Shown: positions 8,923-19,326, counted from the stretch's first letter. The stretch is DNA of 64,000 nucleotides from Clostridia bacterium (GCA_045600165.1 JAZRXJ010000085.1:40253-104252), one strand, 5' to 3'. The notes: a model not told the origin generated them from the sequence alone. Numbers and translations are program-made.

Positions 8923-9160
8923 AAAGGGTACGCTTTCTTTCCGGTCAGACCGGACAGGATATATAAAGATAATTCATCCTGCAATTTTGTAAATCCTCTT
9001 TTTTACAGCGATTCCGGAAAATCTGCGGCGGAATCGGAATGATTGTCGGCACAGAAACCTGCTCCGGATTGTATTGTTCGCGGAAATAGGGTAAAATAAC
9101 AGACAGAGTGTTGTTGCAGACAGAGATTGATGATGCATAGAAACGGGGAGAGTCCAGCCT

Positions 9161-10030
9161 GTGAAGACAGAAAAGGAAACCGTACCGGTCCCGGGAGAGA
9201 TCCTGCGGAATGAGGAGTTTGAGGAACCGTGCAACCCGGAAAATATGGGGCACGCGATCTTTTCGTCTGTCCCGCTGAAACGGCTGCTGGAAAAACTGGA
9301 CAGTTATCTGGAACAAAAGGATTATACCAGCGCGGAAAGGCATCTGACCTACTGGCTGAATGAAGCGGATGAAGCCCGGAATGACGGCGCCAAGCTGGCG
9401 ATCCTGAATGAACAGATCAATCTGTACCGTGAACTCGGGAAGAAAGAAGAATGTCTGGCAGCCATCACGAAGGCGCACGGGCTGACAGATCTCACCGGAT
9501 CCGACCGTTCTCTTTCCTGCGCCATGACGATCATCAACATGGCAAATGGGTATCGTTTTTTCAATCAGCCGGAGAAAGCACTGCCGCTGTACCGCGCCGC
9601 CTCGGATATCTGCAATACCGTCATGCCGGAAGATGATATCCGGCTGGGCGGACTGTATAACAACATGGCGCTGGCACTGACGGACACGGGTGAATACAGG
9701 GTGGCCGAAACGCTGTTCCGGAAGGCCCTTGATGTGATGAAACGTCAGGAACACGGAGAAGCGGAAATGGCGCTGACATATCTGAATCTGGCAGACCTCG
9801 CGAATGCAGAACTCGGTCCGGAGGCGGCAGAGAAAAAAGTCAGTGAATATCTTTCGGAAGCGGAGAAACTGCTGGATACCGCGGATCTGCCGAGGGATGC
9901 ATATTATGCTTATGTCTGCGGTCAATGCGCACGCGTATTCGGATATTACGGATGGTTTATCACAGAGCAAAGTCTTCTTGAAAGAGCAAGCCGGATAGAA
10001 ACCATGAAATCGCCGCCTTTCAGCACCTGA
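9161..10030 (+). CDS. Tetratricopeptide-repeat protein
   Basis: Repeated 34-aa-type helical units, for example 'GGLYNNMALALTDTGEYRVAETLFRKALDV' and 'ALTYLNLADLA'. GTG start with GGGGAGAG 8 nt upstream. A longer antisense ORF is judged spurious. Confidence 0.7.
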   Translation: MKTEKETVPVPGEILRNEEFEEPCNPENMGHAIFSSVPLKRLLEKLDSYLEQKDYTSAERHLTYWLNEADEARNDGAKLAILNEQINLYRELGKKEECLAAITKAHGLTDLTGSDRSLSCAMTIINMANGYRFFNQPEKALPLYRAASDICNTVMPEDDIRLGGLYNNMALALTDTGEYRVAETLFRKALDVMKRQEHGEAEMALTYLNLADLANAELGPEAAEKKVSEYLSEAEKLLDTADLPRDAYYAYVCGQCARVFGYYGWFITEQSLLERASRIETMKSPPFST

Positions 10031-10137
10031 TGAATATGAGTTGTCTCGTAAATCTGAACTGATATATCATCTGCAGTCCCGAAAATCAATGACAAAGGCG
10101 CTTATCAGCCGGTCCGAAATCACAATTACCGCTTTCA

Positions 10138-10929
10138 TTGTCAAAAATGATGGATCTCCTTTATAATACTGCACACAGAAACGAGGATGTACCGGTGAAA
10201 ATGACGCTTCGCTTTATGATCTGTATATGTCTGACGATTTCGATTGTATTCACCTGCCTGATCGCGGTTCCTGAAGGCATGGAAATGTATTCCGTCGATT
10301 ACTGCGGAAGCAGGGACGCGTTCCTGAACGCCGAGGATTCATATATGGCAGGTGAAACAGTTGAACTTCAGTTCCTGATGATGACGGACACTGACTACAA
10401 TATGACCGTGGACGGTGAACGGATCTATATGACCTACAGTGAAGAACTGAATGATATGGTCTACCGGTTTGTCATGCCGGATCATGATATCCGTATCCGT
10501 TTCAGAAGTGAAAACTCTATGGCCGCCAAAGTCGTTCCGGAGGGCGTGGATACGGAAGGCAAGCTGCTGCTGGACTACTATACCGCTCCGGAAGCCATTG
10601 TCGGTGAAAGCATTTATCAGGAGATGACCGTGAATCTCGGATCGGACGGGAATCTGTATCTGAACGTGTATTCGGGCAGCCGGACTTACGGTACCACGGA
10701 CAGCCATACCGCCTGTCCTTTCGCGGAGGATCGGCTCGTGGAAATCATGGAATTCATCGAAGAAAACGATCTGGAACACTGGAATGACGGAGACTACTTC
10801 GGAATCACCGGGGTGATCACCGTGGTGAAATTCAGAAACGCGGAGGATGAACTGATCCGGGTCAGTTCGGAACATATGCCCGACAACGGAAGAAGCATTA
10901 TGCTGGAGATCGCTTCCATGATGAACTGA
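10138..10929 (+). CDS. Membrane-anchored hypothetical protein
   Basis: Single N-terminal TM helix 'LRFMICICLTISIVFTCLIAV', then an acidic soluble region of about 220 aa. No family motif recognised. The start is ambiguous (TTG 10138, ATG 10147 or ATG 10201). Confidence 0.5.
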   Translation: MSKMMDLLYNTAHRNEDVPVKMTLRFMICICLTISIVFTCLIAVPEGMEMYSVDYCGSRDAFLNAEDSYMAGETVELQFLMMTDTDYNMTVDGERIYMTYSEELNDMVYRFVMPDHDIRIRFRSENSMAAKVVPEGVDTEGKLLLDYYTAPEAIVGESIYQEMTVNLGSDGNLYLNVYSGSRTYGTTDSHTACPFAEDRLVEIMEFIEENDLEHWNDGDYFGITGVITVVKFRNAEDELIRVSSEHMPDNGRSIMLEIASMMN

Positions 10930-10943
10930 CCGGTTTATGGGAC

Positions 10944-10986
10944 AAAAAAACAAGAGGCAGTATTTTCGTCTGCCTCTTGTTTTTAT
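10944..10986. terminator. Bidirectional terminator
   Basis: Stem AACAAGAGGCAG / CTGCCTCTTGTT with a 9-nt loop, flanked by an A-run and a T-run, between convergent genes. Confidence 0.85.
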
Positions 10987-11025
10987 ACCTGTAAGTCACT
11001 CGGAACCTTTCCCGAAGCGTATGGT

Positions 11026-11889
11026 TTACGCGAAGATCTCTGTCGGCACGGGATCGGAGATCTTTTCAGCCAGATGTTCCGGATGCTCCAGCAGCCAGCG
11101 GGTCAGCTTCATGGATTTCGCGAAGTAGAAGCCGTCCGCGATCCGTTCATCGAGCGTAAAGGTGATATCCAGCATCTCACGTTCCTGCTCGGAACCGTCT
11201 TCCATGGTGCGCTTTTCCGGATGGAGGGTGCCGATGGTGACCATGACTGAACAGGTGCCGTAGTTGCTCAGATGATGGTAGGGAGCACCGGCTCCGATGG
11301 AACCCAGATTGGAAAGCAGGACCGTGGAATAGTTGGGATCCCCCTTCATGAGGGAGACCGGCATGATGCCGAAATATTCGAAAATATGCAGAAAACCGAA
11401 CAGGATCGTCAGAATGGGGCGGGGAAGCTTTCCGACAAAGTCCATGGTTTTCCCGAGATCATTGGTATTTTCTTTGCGGACCTTTTCCACATCCCCGAGG
11501 ATCATATGGGAAATGGAGTCCAGATTCATATCGGGATCGACCTTCAGACACATCAGGGACTCTTCGGAACTGTCCTCAAACTTTCTCTTGACCACAAAGG
11601 ACAGCAGGATCATATTACGCTGCCAGAAGCGTTTGCCGGCAATGAAGATATTCATTTTCGGCCGGTGCCAGATCGTCCTCGCGATGGAAGTGCATACGGC
11701 GTGGAACAGCTTCAGATTCAAGCCTTCGGTTTCATTCCGGGAATGAAGGTATTTCACCAGCTCGGTCAGATCAAATTGCTCATGGCTGCTGACTTCCGCT
11801 TCTGTCCGCTTGGGCATGACATAGGGTACGATGGAATGAAATCCGTCCAGATCACGGATCTGGGTGCCGTCTGTTCTTTTGTGCTTCAT
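11026..11889 (-). CDS. 2-oxoacid dehydrogenase acyltransferase catalytic-domain family protein (stand-alone)
   Basis: Starts 'MKHKRTDGTQIRDLDGFHSIVPYVMPKRTEAEV' (SD GGAGG 7 nt upstream of ATG 11889). The C-terminal 'TLDERIADGFYFAKS' matches the DHRxxDG catalytic block of E2/CAT-like acyltransferases. Confidence 0.7.
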   Translation of the reverse strand: MKHKRTDGTQIRDLDGFHSIVPYVMPKRTEAEVSSHEQFDLTELVKYLHSRNETEGLNLKLFHAVCTSIARTIWHRPKMNIFIAGKRFWQRNMILLSFVVKRKFEDSSEESLMCLKVDPDMNLDSISHMILGDVEKVRKENTNDLGKTMDFVGKLPRPILTILFGFLHIFEYFGIMPVSLMKGDPNYSTVLLSNLGSIGAGAPYHHLSNYGTCSVMVTIGTLHPEKRTMEDGSEQEREMLDITFTLDERIADGFYFAKSMKLTRWLLEHPEHLAEKISDPVPTEIFA

Positions 11890-12018
11890 GAGTTTACCTC
11901 CCATGGTCGGAATGATTGCCCTGAACAATGTGGGGGAGCAGGCATCGGAACAGAATAAGAATAACAAGCCGGGAGGGCCTGTGTCAACAAAAACAGTTGC
12001 GCCGAAAGAAACCATAAA

Positions 12019-12045
12019 GCAAAAACCCGGTCTGCCGACCGGGTT
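12019..12045 (-). terminator. Rho-independent terminator after the permease gene
   Basis: 9-bp stem AACCCGGTC / GACCGGGTT, 4-nt loop, T-run on the minus strand. Confidence 0.8.
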
Positions 12046-12060
12046 CTCTGAATAAATTAA

Positions 12061-13332
12061 TTACGCCCATATGAGCCAAATGAAGACATACGCGATCACC
12101 ACGGCTGTCAAGGTGAAAGGAACGCCGATTTTGAAGAAATCGCTGTTTTTGACTTCGTAGCCTTCTTTTCTCAGGATACCGATGGCAGTCACGTTGGCGG
12201 ACGCGCCGAAAGGCGTGATGTTGCCACCGAGGGTGGCTCCGCTCAGCAGCCCGAAGTACAGAACGACGGGATCGATCCCCAGTTTGCCGGCAATGCCTTG
12301 AACGACCGGCAACATAGCCGCGACATAGGGAATGTTATCCACGAAGGCGGACAGGATCACGGAGGCGAACACAATGATCGTATAGAGCAGGAACACGTTT
12401 CCGTTTCCGATGCCGGCGAACCAGTTCGCGACCGCGTCGATGACTCCGGCTTCGGTGATCCCGGCAATAACGATAAACAGACCGCAGAGCATTCCAAGCG
12501 TCTGGTAATCCATATCCTTCAGAACAGCTTTTGCAGGACGGTCGGATCTTTCCTTCAGGCAGCCGCGGACAATACCGAAAATGCAGAGCGCCATACAGAT
12601 GAGACCGTTCTTGAGATCGTCCACGACAGGAATCGTGAAGAAGCTCGCCACGATCAGACAGACAACGACGAGCAGAAGCACGATGGAAGGGACATAATCC
12701 TTCACTTCGGTGAGCTGGTCGCTGACAACAGCCTGTTTTTCCTTCCGGAAATACAGCCAGAGGATCAGGATCGTACCGGCGGCTCCCAGTTCAACAGCCC
12801 AGAAGATGGACAGCTTTCCGCGGAATACAATGAAATCGATAAAGCTCATATTGGCGTAGCCGCCCAGCAGAATACTGGTGGTATCACCCACCAGAGTAGC
12901 TGCACCCTGCAGATTGGAGGAGACAGCGATCCCGATAATGACCGGAACTGGATTGATCTTCATCTTTTTACAGATGGCCAGCCCCACGGGAGCAGTCATG
13001 AGTACGGTGGCAACATTATCCATGAAGGCGGAAATGACGCCGGAGAAAATACACAGGGCAATAATGGCCCAGCAGGCGTTGGGGACCTTCCGGAGCATGA
13101 TGTCCGCCATACGGGCGGGCATCCCGCTTTCAATGAAAAGGGTGACGATCCCCATGGTTCCGGCAATCATCAGAAGGACATTCCAGTTGATGGAACCGAA
13201 GAGCTTGCCGACTGGCAGAACTCCCAGGACCACCATGAACAGGGCACCCGCCAAAGCAAACCAGACACGTTTTTTCGGAAAGGCGAGCATTCCAACATAC
13301 ATCAGACCAAAGATAATCAGGGCAATCAACAT
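12061..13332 (-). CDS. ArsB/NhaD (CitMHS/SLC13-like) family anion permease
   Basis: 423 aa with about 11-12 TM segments. The N-terminus 'FPKKRVWFALAGALFMVVLGVLPV...INWNVLLMIAGTM' is typical of the citrate-transporter-like superfamily. Confidence 0.75.
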   Translation of the reverse strand: MLIALIIFGLMYVGMLAFPKKRVWFALAGALFMVVLGVLPVGKLFGSINWNVLLMIAGTMGIVTLFIESGMPARMADIMLRKVPNACWAIIALCIFSGVISAFMDNVATVLMTAPVGLAICKKMKINPVPVIIGIAVSSNLQGAATLVGDTTSILLGGYANMSFIDFIVFRGKLSIFWAVELGAAGTILILWLYFRKEKQAVVSDQLTEVKDYVPSIVLLLVVVCLIVASFFTIPVVDDLKNGLICMALCIFGIVRGCLKERSDRPAKAVLKDMDYQTLGMLCGLFIVIAGITEAGVIDAVANWFAGIGNGNVFLLYTIIVFASVILSAFVDNIPYVAAMLPVVQGIAGKLGIDPVVLYFGLLSGATLGGNITPFGASANVTAIGILRKEGYEVKNSDFFKIGVPFTLTAVVIAYVFIWLIWA

Positions 13333-13531
13333 GATTCAGTTTTCACTCCTGTATTTCAGAGCCGCGCTTATGCACAGCATAATATTTCTATGGGCGAACA
13401 AAAGCCCGATTTATTTATTTCGATCTTCATCATCGTTTTTCCTTGAATAAGAATGATCTGTTCTCAGAAAAAATAAAAGGGGAGTATGGATGGCTGAACT
13501 TGCTATTCTGAAAAAAGCATGGTATCTTAAT

Positions 13532-13559
13532 GGTTGAAAATTCAACCAAGGTTGAATTC
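13532..13559. promoter_or_regulatory. Operator-like inverted repeat plus extra half-site upstream of the MATE gene
   Basis: GGTTGAA-AA-TTCAACC (13532-13547) is a perfect 7-2-7 palindrome. It is followed after AA by a third GGTTGAA (13550-13556). Confidence 0.35.
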
Positions 13560-13608
13560 CTCAAATATTCCTGCCATATTCACACGACAGAAACTGAAAA
13601 CAGTAAGG

Positions 13609-14988
13609 ATGGTATCAGAAATGCACGGTCACAGCAAATCCTCAGCAATCGATTCTTTCAGAACGGAGCCGGTGCCGAAAATTGTAATTAAAAACAGTAT
13701 TCCGGCATTGATTGCCATGATCATGGTCATGGTGTACAACCTGGCGGATACATTCTTTCTCGGTCTGACACATAACGACCTTCTGGTTACCGCGGTGTCC
13801 TTCGCGACTCCGCTGTTCATGATATTCATGTCTCTCGGAACACTGTTCGGAGTCGGCGGCACTTCCGTGATTTCACGGGCACTGGGCGCAGGAAAAAACG
13901 AGTATGCGAAAAAAGTCAGTTCCTTCTGTATGTGGGCTTGCGTCGGAGTGGGCGCATTGTTCATGACTGTCCTCTGGATCTTCCTGGATGATGTCACTGT
14001 CATGCTGGGTGCCAGTCCGGAAAGCGTCGGTCTGACCAAGGATTATCTGCGGATCATTATCGGATGCGGTATTTTTTCGATGATCTCCAATTGCTTTTCC
14101 AGCATTGTCAGAACTGAAGGAGAAGCCATGAAGGCGATGACGGGTACTCTGATCGGCAATCTGCTGAACATGATTCTGGACCCCATCTTTATTCTCGGCT
14201 TTAACTGGGGCGTGGTCGGAGCAGCAGTGGCAACTGTGATCGGAAATGCTGTGGCAGCCGGATATTACTTGTTGTATTTCTTCAGCGGAAAATCTTCTCT
14301 CAGTATCCATCCAAGGCATTTTTCCATGACGGACGGAATCCTTACCGGGGTACTTTCGGTTGGCATTTCAGCTTCATTGGCCAATCTTCTGGTCAGCGTT
14401 TCGTCCATTGTGGTCAATGCTCAATTGTCAGGTTATGACGGCGGGGATATGCTCGTGGCCGGATACGGGGTCACTGCCAAGATCATCATGATCGTGACCC
14501 TGATCGGCATCGGTATTGGCAGCGGAGTGCAGCCATTCCTCGGATACTGTTACGGCGCCCGTGAAAAGGGCAGACTGATTCACGGGATCCGCTTCTCAGC
14601 CCTGTTCGGACTGATCTTCTGCTTTGTGATTTCATCACTGTGCTATTTCTTTGCCGAACCGATCGTGAAGGTTTTCCTGACGGATCTCACCGCACTGGAA
14701 TCCGGGGTTCACTTTACCCGGATCCTGATGAGCACAGCCTGGCTGATCGGTGCCTTCGCCATCTGTCAGAACACGCTGCAGGCGATCGGAGCCGCTACGG
14801 AGGCACTGCTGGCATCTGTATTCCGTCAGGGGATCATCTTTATTCCGGCAGTGTTTATCATGAAGGAACTGATCGGGGTTGACGGTCTGATCTGGGCTCA
14901 ACCGGTAGCGGATGTCCTTTCATTGGCAATCGTGATCCTGATGCTGATCCGGAGGATCAACAGAACTGATTTCGAACCGGCAGAATAA
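13609..14988 (+). CDS. MATE-family efflux transporter
   Basis: 12-TM profile. The N-terminal 'PALIAMIMVMVYNLADTFFLG' and the internal duplication are typical of MATE/NorM exporters. The start is ATG 13609 or 13621; the track start 13534 is TTG. Confidence 0.9.
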   Translation: MVSEMHGHSKSSAIDSFRTEPVPKIVIKNSIPALIAMIMVMVYNLADTFFLGLTHNDLLVTAVSFATPLFMIFMSLGTLFGVGGTSVISRALGAGKNEYAKKVSSFCMWACVGVGALFMTVLWIFLDDVTVMLGASPESVGLTKDYLRIIIGCGIFSMISNCFSSIVRTEGEAMKAMTGTLIGNLLNMILDPIFILGFNWGVVGAAVATVIGNAVAAGYYLLYFFSGKSSLSIHPRHFSMTDGILTGVLSVGISASLANLLVSVSSIVVNAQLSGYDGGDMLVAGYGVTAKIIMIVTLIGIGIGSGVQPFLGYCYGAREKGRLIHGIRFSALFGLIFCFVISSLCYFFAEPIVKVFLTDLTALESGVHFTRILMSTAWLIGAFAICQNTLQAIGAATEALLASVFRQGIIFIPAVFIMKELIGVDGLIWAQPVADVLSLAIVILMLIRRINRTDFEPAE

Positions 14989-15002
14989 ATGGCAAAGCAT
15001 AG

Positions 15003-15030
15003 AAATCCCGCCTTCGGGTGGGATTTTTTT
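15003..15030 (+). terminator. Rho-independent terminator after the MATE gene
   Basis: Stem ATCCCGCC / GGGTGGGAT, loop TTCG, followed by TTTTTTT. Confidence 0.85.
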
Positions 15031-15149
15031 GAATCATTCAACCTGATAGGTAATTGTTGCGTCCGGATATGGAATGGGATATACTAGACCCAGTGATTCT
15101 GAAAAGAATGAATATCCCGCGACCGTAATGAACGGAAGGAGAATTCTTT

Positions 15150-16385
15150 ATGCAGGAAATCAAATGTCCCAAGTGCGGTGAAGTGTTTCAGGTGGATGAA
15201 TCCGGCTATGCACAGATCGTTGCGCAGGTCAGGGATAGAGAGTTTGCTTCCGAACTGGCTAAACGCAGTCAGGAGATGGAACGCAGCAAGGAGAGCGAAA
15301 TGAACTTGTCCCGGATGGAACAGGAAAAGCTTCATGCTGCGGAGATCGAAAAGAAGAACAGGGAGCTCAACGATAAGGAACGCGAGATTGAGCGGCTGAA
15401 GGCTCAGATCGCCAGCGCGGGTACCGAAAGGGAACTTGCAATCACAAAGGCCATTCAGGAGAAGGACCGGCAGCTTGCGGACAAGTCCGCGATGATTACC
15501 AAGCTTCACGGTGATATCGAACTGCAGAGAAAAGAATCGCAGCTGAATGAATCCACTCTGATGGAAAAGCATAAAGGAGAACTGGCGCTGCGGGATGAAG
15601 AAATCGAAAGGCTGAAGGATTTCAAGGCAAGACAGTCGACCAAGATGGTGGGCGAGAGCCTTGAACAACATTGCCTGACCCAGTTCAATCAAATCCGGAT
15701 GACTGCTTTCCCCAATGCCTATTTTGAGAAAGACAATGATGCCAGAACGGGCAGCAAAGGTGATTTCATTTTCAGGGATACCATTGACGGGACAGAGTAT
15801 ATCTCCATCATGTTTGAAATGAAAAATGAAATGGACACCACTGCAACCAAGCATAAGAACGAGGATTTCTTCAAGGAACTGGATAAGGACAGAAACGAGA
15901 AAAAGTGCGAATATGCCGTGCTTGTGTCGCTGCTTGAAAGTGACAGTGAGTACTATAATGCCGGGATCGTGGATGTATCCTTCCGGTATCCGAAGATGTA
16001 TGTGATCCGTCCGCAGTTCTTCCTGCCCATCATTTCACTGCTCCGGAATGCCGCTATGAATTCACTGCATTATCAGCAGGAGCTGCAGGTGGTCCGCAAC
16101 CAGCAACTGGATCTGTACCATTTCGAAGAGAATATGAACAGTTTCAAGGAAGGCTTTGCCCGGAACTACGAACTGGCGTCGAGAAAATTCCAGGATGCGA
16201 TCGATGATATCGACAAAACGATCAAAGCACTGGAAAAGACAAAAGCCGATCTGCTTTCTTCCGACCGGAACCTGCGGCTTGCCAATGATAAGGCACAGGA
16301 ACTGACGATCAAGAAACTGACCAAAAACGCGCCCACGGTGAAAGCAATGTTTGACGCGCAGAATCAGGCAACGGGCGAAGACTGA
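15150..16385 (+). CDS. DUF2130-like protein (Zn-ribbon, coiled coil, putative PD-(D/E)xK-like C-terminal domain)
   Basis: '[23 protein letters not shown]' is an N-terminal zinc ribbon. It is followed by a long charged coiled-coil region, then 'KGDFIFRD...[10 protein letters not shown]'. SD GGAAGGAG. Confidence 0.75.
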   Translation: MQEIKCPKCGEVFQVDESGYAQIVAQVRDREFASELAKRSQEMERSKESEMNLSRMEQEKLHAAEIEKKNRELNDKEREIERLKAQIASAGTERELAITKAIQEKDRQLADKSAMITKLHGDIELQRKESQLNESTLMEKHKGELALRDEEIERLKDFKARQSTKMVGESLEQHCLTQFNQIRMTAFPNAYFEKDNDARTGSKGDFIFRDTIDGTEYISIMFEMKNEMDTTATKHKNEDFFKELDKDRNEKKCEYAVLVSLLESDSEYYNAGIVDVSFRYPKMYVIRPQFFLPIISLLRNAAMNSLHYQQELQVVRNQQLDLYHFEENMNSFKEGFARNYELASRKFQDAIDDIDKTIKALEKTKADLLSSDRNLRLANDKAQELTIKKLTKNAPTVKAMFDAQNQATGED

Positions 16386-16416
16386 TCCTCAATCCGATGC
16401 TGTGAAATAACTGATA

Positions 16417-16448
16417 TAAAAAGCGATGCCGACCGGCATCGTTTTTAC
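16417..16448. terminator. Bidirectional terminator
   Basis: Stem AAGCGATGCC / GGCATCGTTT flanked by AAAAA and TTTTT, between convergent genes. Confidence 0.8.
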
Positions 16449-17432
16449 TTACTCGATTTTGTAGAACACGATCCATGAATGGACGAACTCACCCGGCTTG
16501 CCGAAAAGATTGACTGTGTTGCCGTTGTTGTCCCGGTACTGGGAATAGGAACATTTCGCGCCCATGTCCATATAGAGCGCGTTTTCCACTCCGAGAGCCA
16601 TGACGCGGTCAATAAAGTCATCGTAATGCATGGGGACGGCACTTTCGATAAAGCAGATCCTGCCGTTCAATTCCGCCAGAAGACGGTAGCAGCGGAGTTT
16701 TCCGAACAGCAGATCCTGCTTTTCTCCCTGCCAGATGGCCATATACTGCTCAAATCCGTCACCGCCGTTTTCAGCCGCCAGCCGGACCGCTTCATCCGGG
16801 TCGGTCAGAGTAAAATGCGGCTCACCGTTATAATATGTAAAAGCGCTGAGACCGGTTTCTTCCGCTCCGTCATAATAAACGCCGTCTCTGGCATGATCGC
16901 CCACTACGCATTCATGCCTGAAATTCAGCTCATAGAAACGGAAAAAGGCGGAGGTGCCGAAAAGGGTGATATCCGGATCACTCATGGACGGACGGTCCTT
17001 AAACACATATCCGATCTTCTGATACTGGGGGAAAAGGATATACAGCTGGTTGGTCTCATAGACATAACAATTTTCCGCGTTTTCCACGGCAGTCATGTCC
17101 AGCTCCGAAATATCCCCCGAGGCATCCGGCTTCAGGACCGCGTGAAACTGTGCCGCCATGGTCAGATAGAGATAGACCGCGAAGATCACAGTCCCCAGAG
17201 AACTGACGAGATTCAGCTTCAGCAGAAAACGGAAAAGCTTGTTTTTCGGCGGATGATCCTCTTCAAGGTACCAGATGAGACCGGCGGCCTGCATGACTGT
17301 GAGCAGGACGATGGCCAGATAGACATACCCGGATACTCCCTGAATCAGCAGGAGCATGGTCAGACAGAAAATGCACACAAGCAGTCCGATCAGATAGAGG
17401 ACGACATATTTCTCATTTTTCTTCATTGTCAT
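16449..17432 (-). CDS. Membrane protein with extracytoplasmic domain (possibly phosphodiester-glycosidase/DUF2233-like)
   Basis: Three N-terminal TM helices, then a soluble domain of about 220 aa ending 'LGVENALYMDMGAKCSYSQYRD'. The start overlaps the upstream gene's stop by 4 nt. The family call is tentative. Confidence 0.5.
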   Translation of the reverse strand: MTMKKNEKYVVLYLIGLLVCIFCLTMLLLIQGVSGYVYLAIVLLTVMQAAGLIWYLEEDHPPKNKLFRFLLKLNLVSSLGTVIFAVYLYLTMAAQFHAVLKPDASGDISELDMTAVENAENCYVYETNQLYILFPQYQKIGYVFKDRPSMSDPDITLFGTSAFFRFYELNFRHECVVGDHARDGVYYDGAEETGLSAFTYYNGEPHFTLTDPDEAVRLAAENGGDGFEQYMAIWQGEKQDLLFGKLRCYRLLAELNGRICFIESAVPMHYDDFIDRVMALGVENALYMDMGAKCSYSQYRDNNGNTVNLFGKPGEFVHSWIVFYKIE

Positions 17433-18067
17433 TCCTCCTTCCGACGGCTCATCGCCAGCATGGCTTGCCCGTCCACAGTCAGATACAGATCACTGCAGGC
17501 GATGACCATGAACAGACAGACATCGGCAAGATAGCTGACCGCGCCCGCAATCTGCACGGAAAGACTGCCGCCCTTCAGCCAGTTTTCCACCACCAGAGTC
17601 AGGAAACAGATCAGCAGCACGGAAATGGAGATCTGATTGATGATCATTTTGGTCCGTCCGCTGTTCCTGCCCAGATGAACGGTGAAATGATTCCAGATCA
17701 CCATCAGAATGATGAAGCAGACCATCAGATAACCGGACAGCATCATACAGCCGTACAGTCCCAGAGAAACGATCGCTTCCACGCCGACACTCAGATAACG
17801 CTCCGAAAGGTACGCGTAACGGGACAGCTCCACCAGCAGGATGCCGGCTGCCAGTCCGCTGACCCGGATGATATCCTCTTTGTTATACGCGGCGGAAAGC
17901 CCGGCGCACAGAGCCAGACACAGCAGTGTGCAGACAGTGATGAACAGGGTCAACTGTCCGGACAGGGCGTTCAGAATCAGGCTGACCGGAAGCAGAACAA
18001 ATGCTCCGATCGCGGAGATCGAAAATGTTTTATGGCTGAGGAAAAGCATCCGGTATCGCATCAGCAT
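17429..18067 (-). CDS. Polytopic membrane protein, unknown function
   Basis: 212 aa with about 6 hydrophobic helices. Translationally coupled (4-nt overlap) to the downstream membrane protein. Confidence 0.5.
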   Translation of the reverse strand: MLMRYRMLFLSHKTFSISAIGAFVLLPVSLILNALSGQLTLFITVCTLLCLALCAGLSAAYNKEDIIRVSGLAAGILLVELSRYAYLSERYLSVGVEAIVSLGLYGCMMLSGYLMVCFIILMVIWNHFTVHLGRNSGRTKMIINQISISVLLICFLTLVVENWLKGGSLSVQIAGAVSYLADVCLFMVIACSDLYLTVDGQAMLAMSRRKEE

Positions 18068-18116
18068 GGAAATAGTCTCCTCTTTGACTTATGAATGAAT
18101 TTACTCCAATAAACTG

Positions 18117-19028
18117 TCAGCTCAGGCTGATCTTTCTGAATAACTCTTCAAACAAAGCATCCCGGTCGATATGCGTGACATACCGGCAGAGCGGACGCCG
18201 GTAATCCATGGCCAGACGATCATCATATTCGGGAATGGGGGTCGGAATCAGCCGGGAGGACATGAAACGATCTCCGTCGTTCAGCAGGAAACCGATGGTG
18301 GTCACGTCCCAGATCACGCGGCTCCACGGCTTTCCTGCGGCATAACTTTCCGCTTCCTCCACGGTATTTTTCCACAGGTATTCGGCAAGTTCCCCGCGAC
18401 CTTTCAGCCAGTACTCCAGCTCCGGCCCCGTGGTGCGGAATTCGGACACCACATTAAAGCAGGGGAGAACGACCAGAGGCGCGCCGGAAGAGAATACCAC
18501 ACGCGCGGCGGCTACATCCTGGTAACAATTGAACTCATGGTTATGCGGCCATTCCGGAGCGTGACCGCCCAGCCAGACCACGACGATCCTTTCGGCAATC
18601 TCCGGACGAAGAAGCAATGCCGAGGCAATATTGGTAATGGCGCCGATGGCGACCGTATAAAGCGGGTGTTCGACTGTGTAGCTCATTGCCCGGTCCGCCA
18701 GATCCTTCGCGGCATCGGACAGGACCGGATGAGTTTCATCCGGCAGATAGGTCCGGGAACCGCGAAATACCGGAACAGACTCCCGCGCGAGGTCCAGAAG
18801 CTTCAGGATCTCATGATAACTCCGCTCCATGCCGTCTTCCGGGCTGACTGACCTGTGGTTCAGAAAGGGTGCCGCATACAGAGCTTTCAGGGTGATCTTT
18901 TCTTTAGAACGGAGCGCAAGGGAAATCGCGAACTGGTCATCGATCTCATTATACGCGTCTGTATCAAGAACCAGATCCACCGGTCCTTCCGGGACATTCA
19001 GATTACGAAGTCTCTGTTCTTCTGTCAT
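18117..19028 (-). CDS. Inosine/uridine-preferring nucleoside hydrolase family protein
   Basis: The N-terminal aspartate cluster 'LVLDTDAYNEIDDQFAISLAL' is the IUNH signature (DxDxxxDD). 303 aa. SD AGGAGTG. Confidence 0.85.
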   Translation of the reverse strand: MTEEQRLRNLNVPEGPVDLVLDTDAYNEIDDQFAISLALRSKEKITLKALYAAPFLNHRSVSPEDGMERSYHEILKLLDLARESVPVFRGSRTYLPDETHPVLSDAAKDLADRAMSYTVEHPLYTVAIGAITNIASALLLRPEIAERIVVVWLGGHAPEWPHNHEFNCYQDVAAARVVFSSGAPLVVLPCFNVVSEFRTTGPELEYWLKGRGELAEYLWKNTVEEAESYAAGKPWSRVIWDVTTIGFLLNDGDRFMSSRLIPTPIPEYDDRLAMDYRRPLCRYVTHIDRDALFEELFRKISLS

Positions 19029-19308
19029 GGCTCATTCACTCCTATACTTCAGAAAACTGTCAAGATCGATCAGCGTCCAGTCACAGGCACCGGTGATCTT
19101 CAGAAGCAGTTTCATATTTTCCACTTCTTTCATATCGGCAGATCAGCCCGCTGCTTCTGTCATGAGCAGCAAGCAGGCAATCAATGCAATGATCCTTCTG
19201 AAACATTTCATGACAGGAAAGCCTCCATCCGGATCCGGAATGACGGTACTGTCATTGATGATGATATCATTATTATGTATTAGTTCATCCGTATTGTCCA
19301 TATAAACA

Positions 19309-19326
19309 TTACAATATCGATTGTAA
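19309..19326. promoter_or_regulatory. 7-4-7 inverted repeat overlapping a candidate minus-strand promoter
   Basis: TTACAAT-ATCG-ATTGTAA. On the minus strand it overlaps TTGTTA (-35-like) and the spacer preceding TTTATA/TTATAT. Confidence 0.3.
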
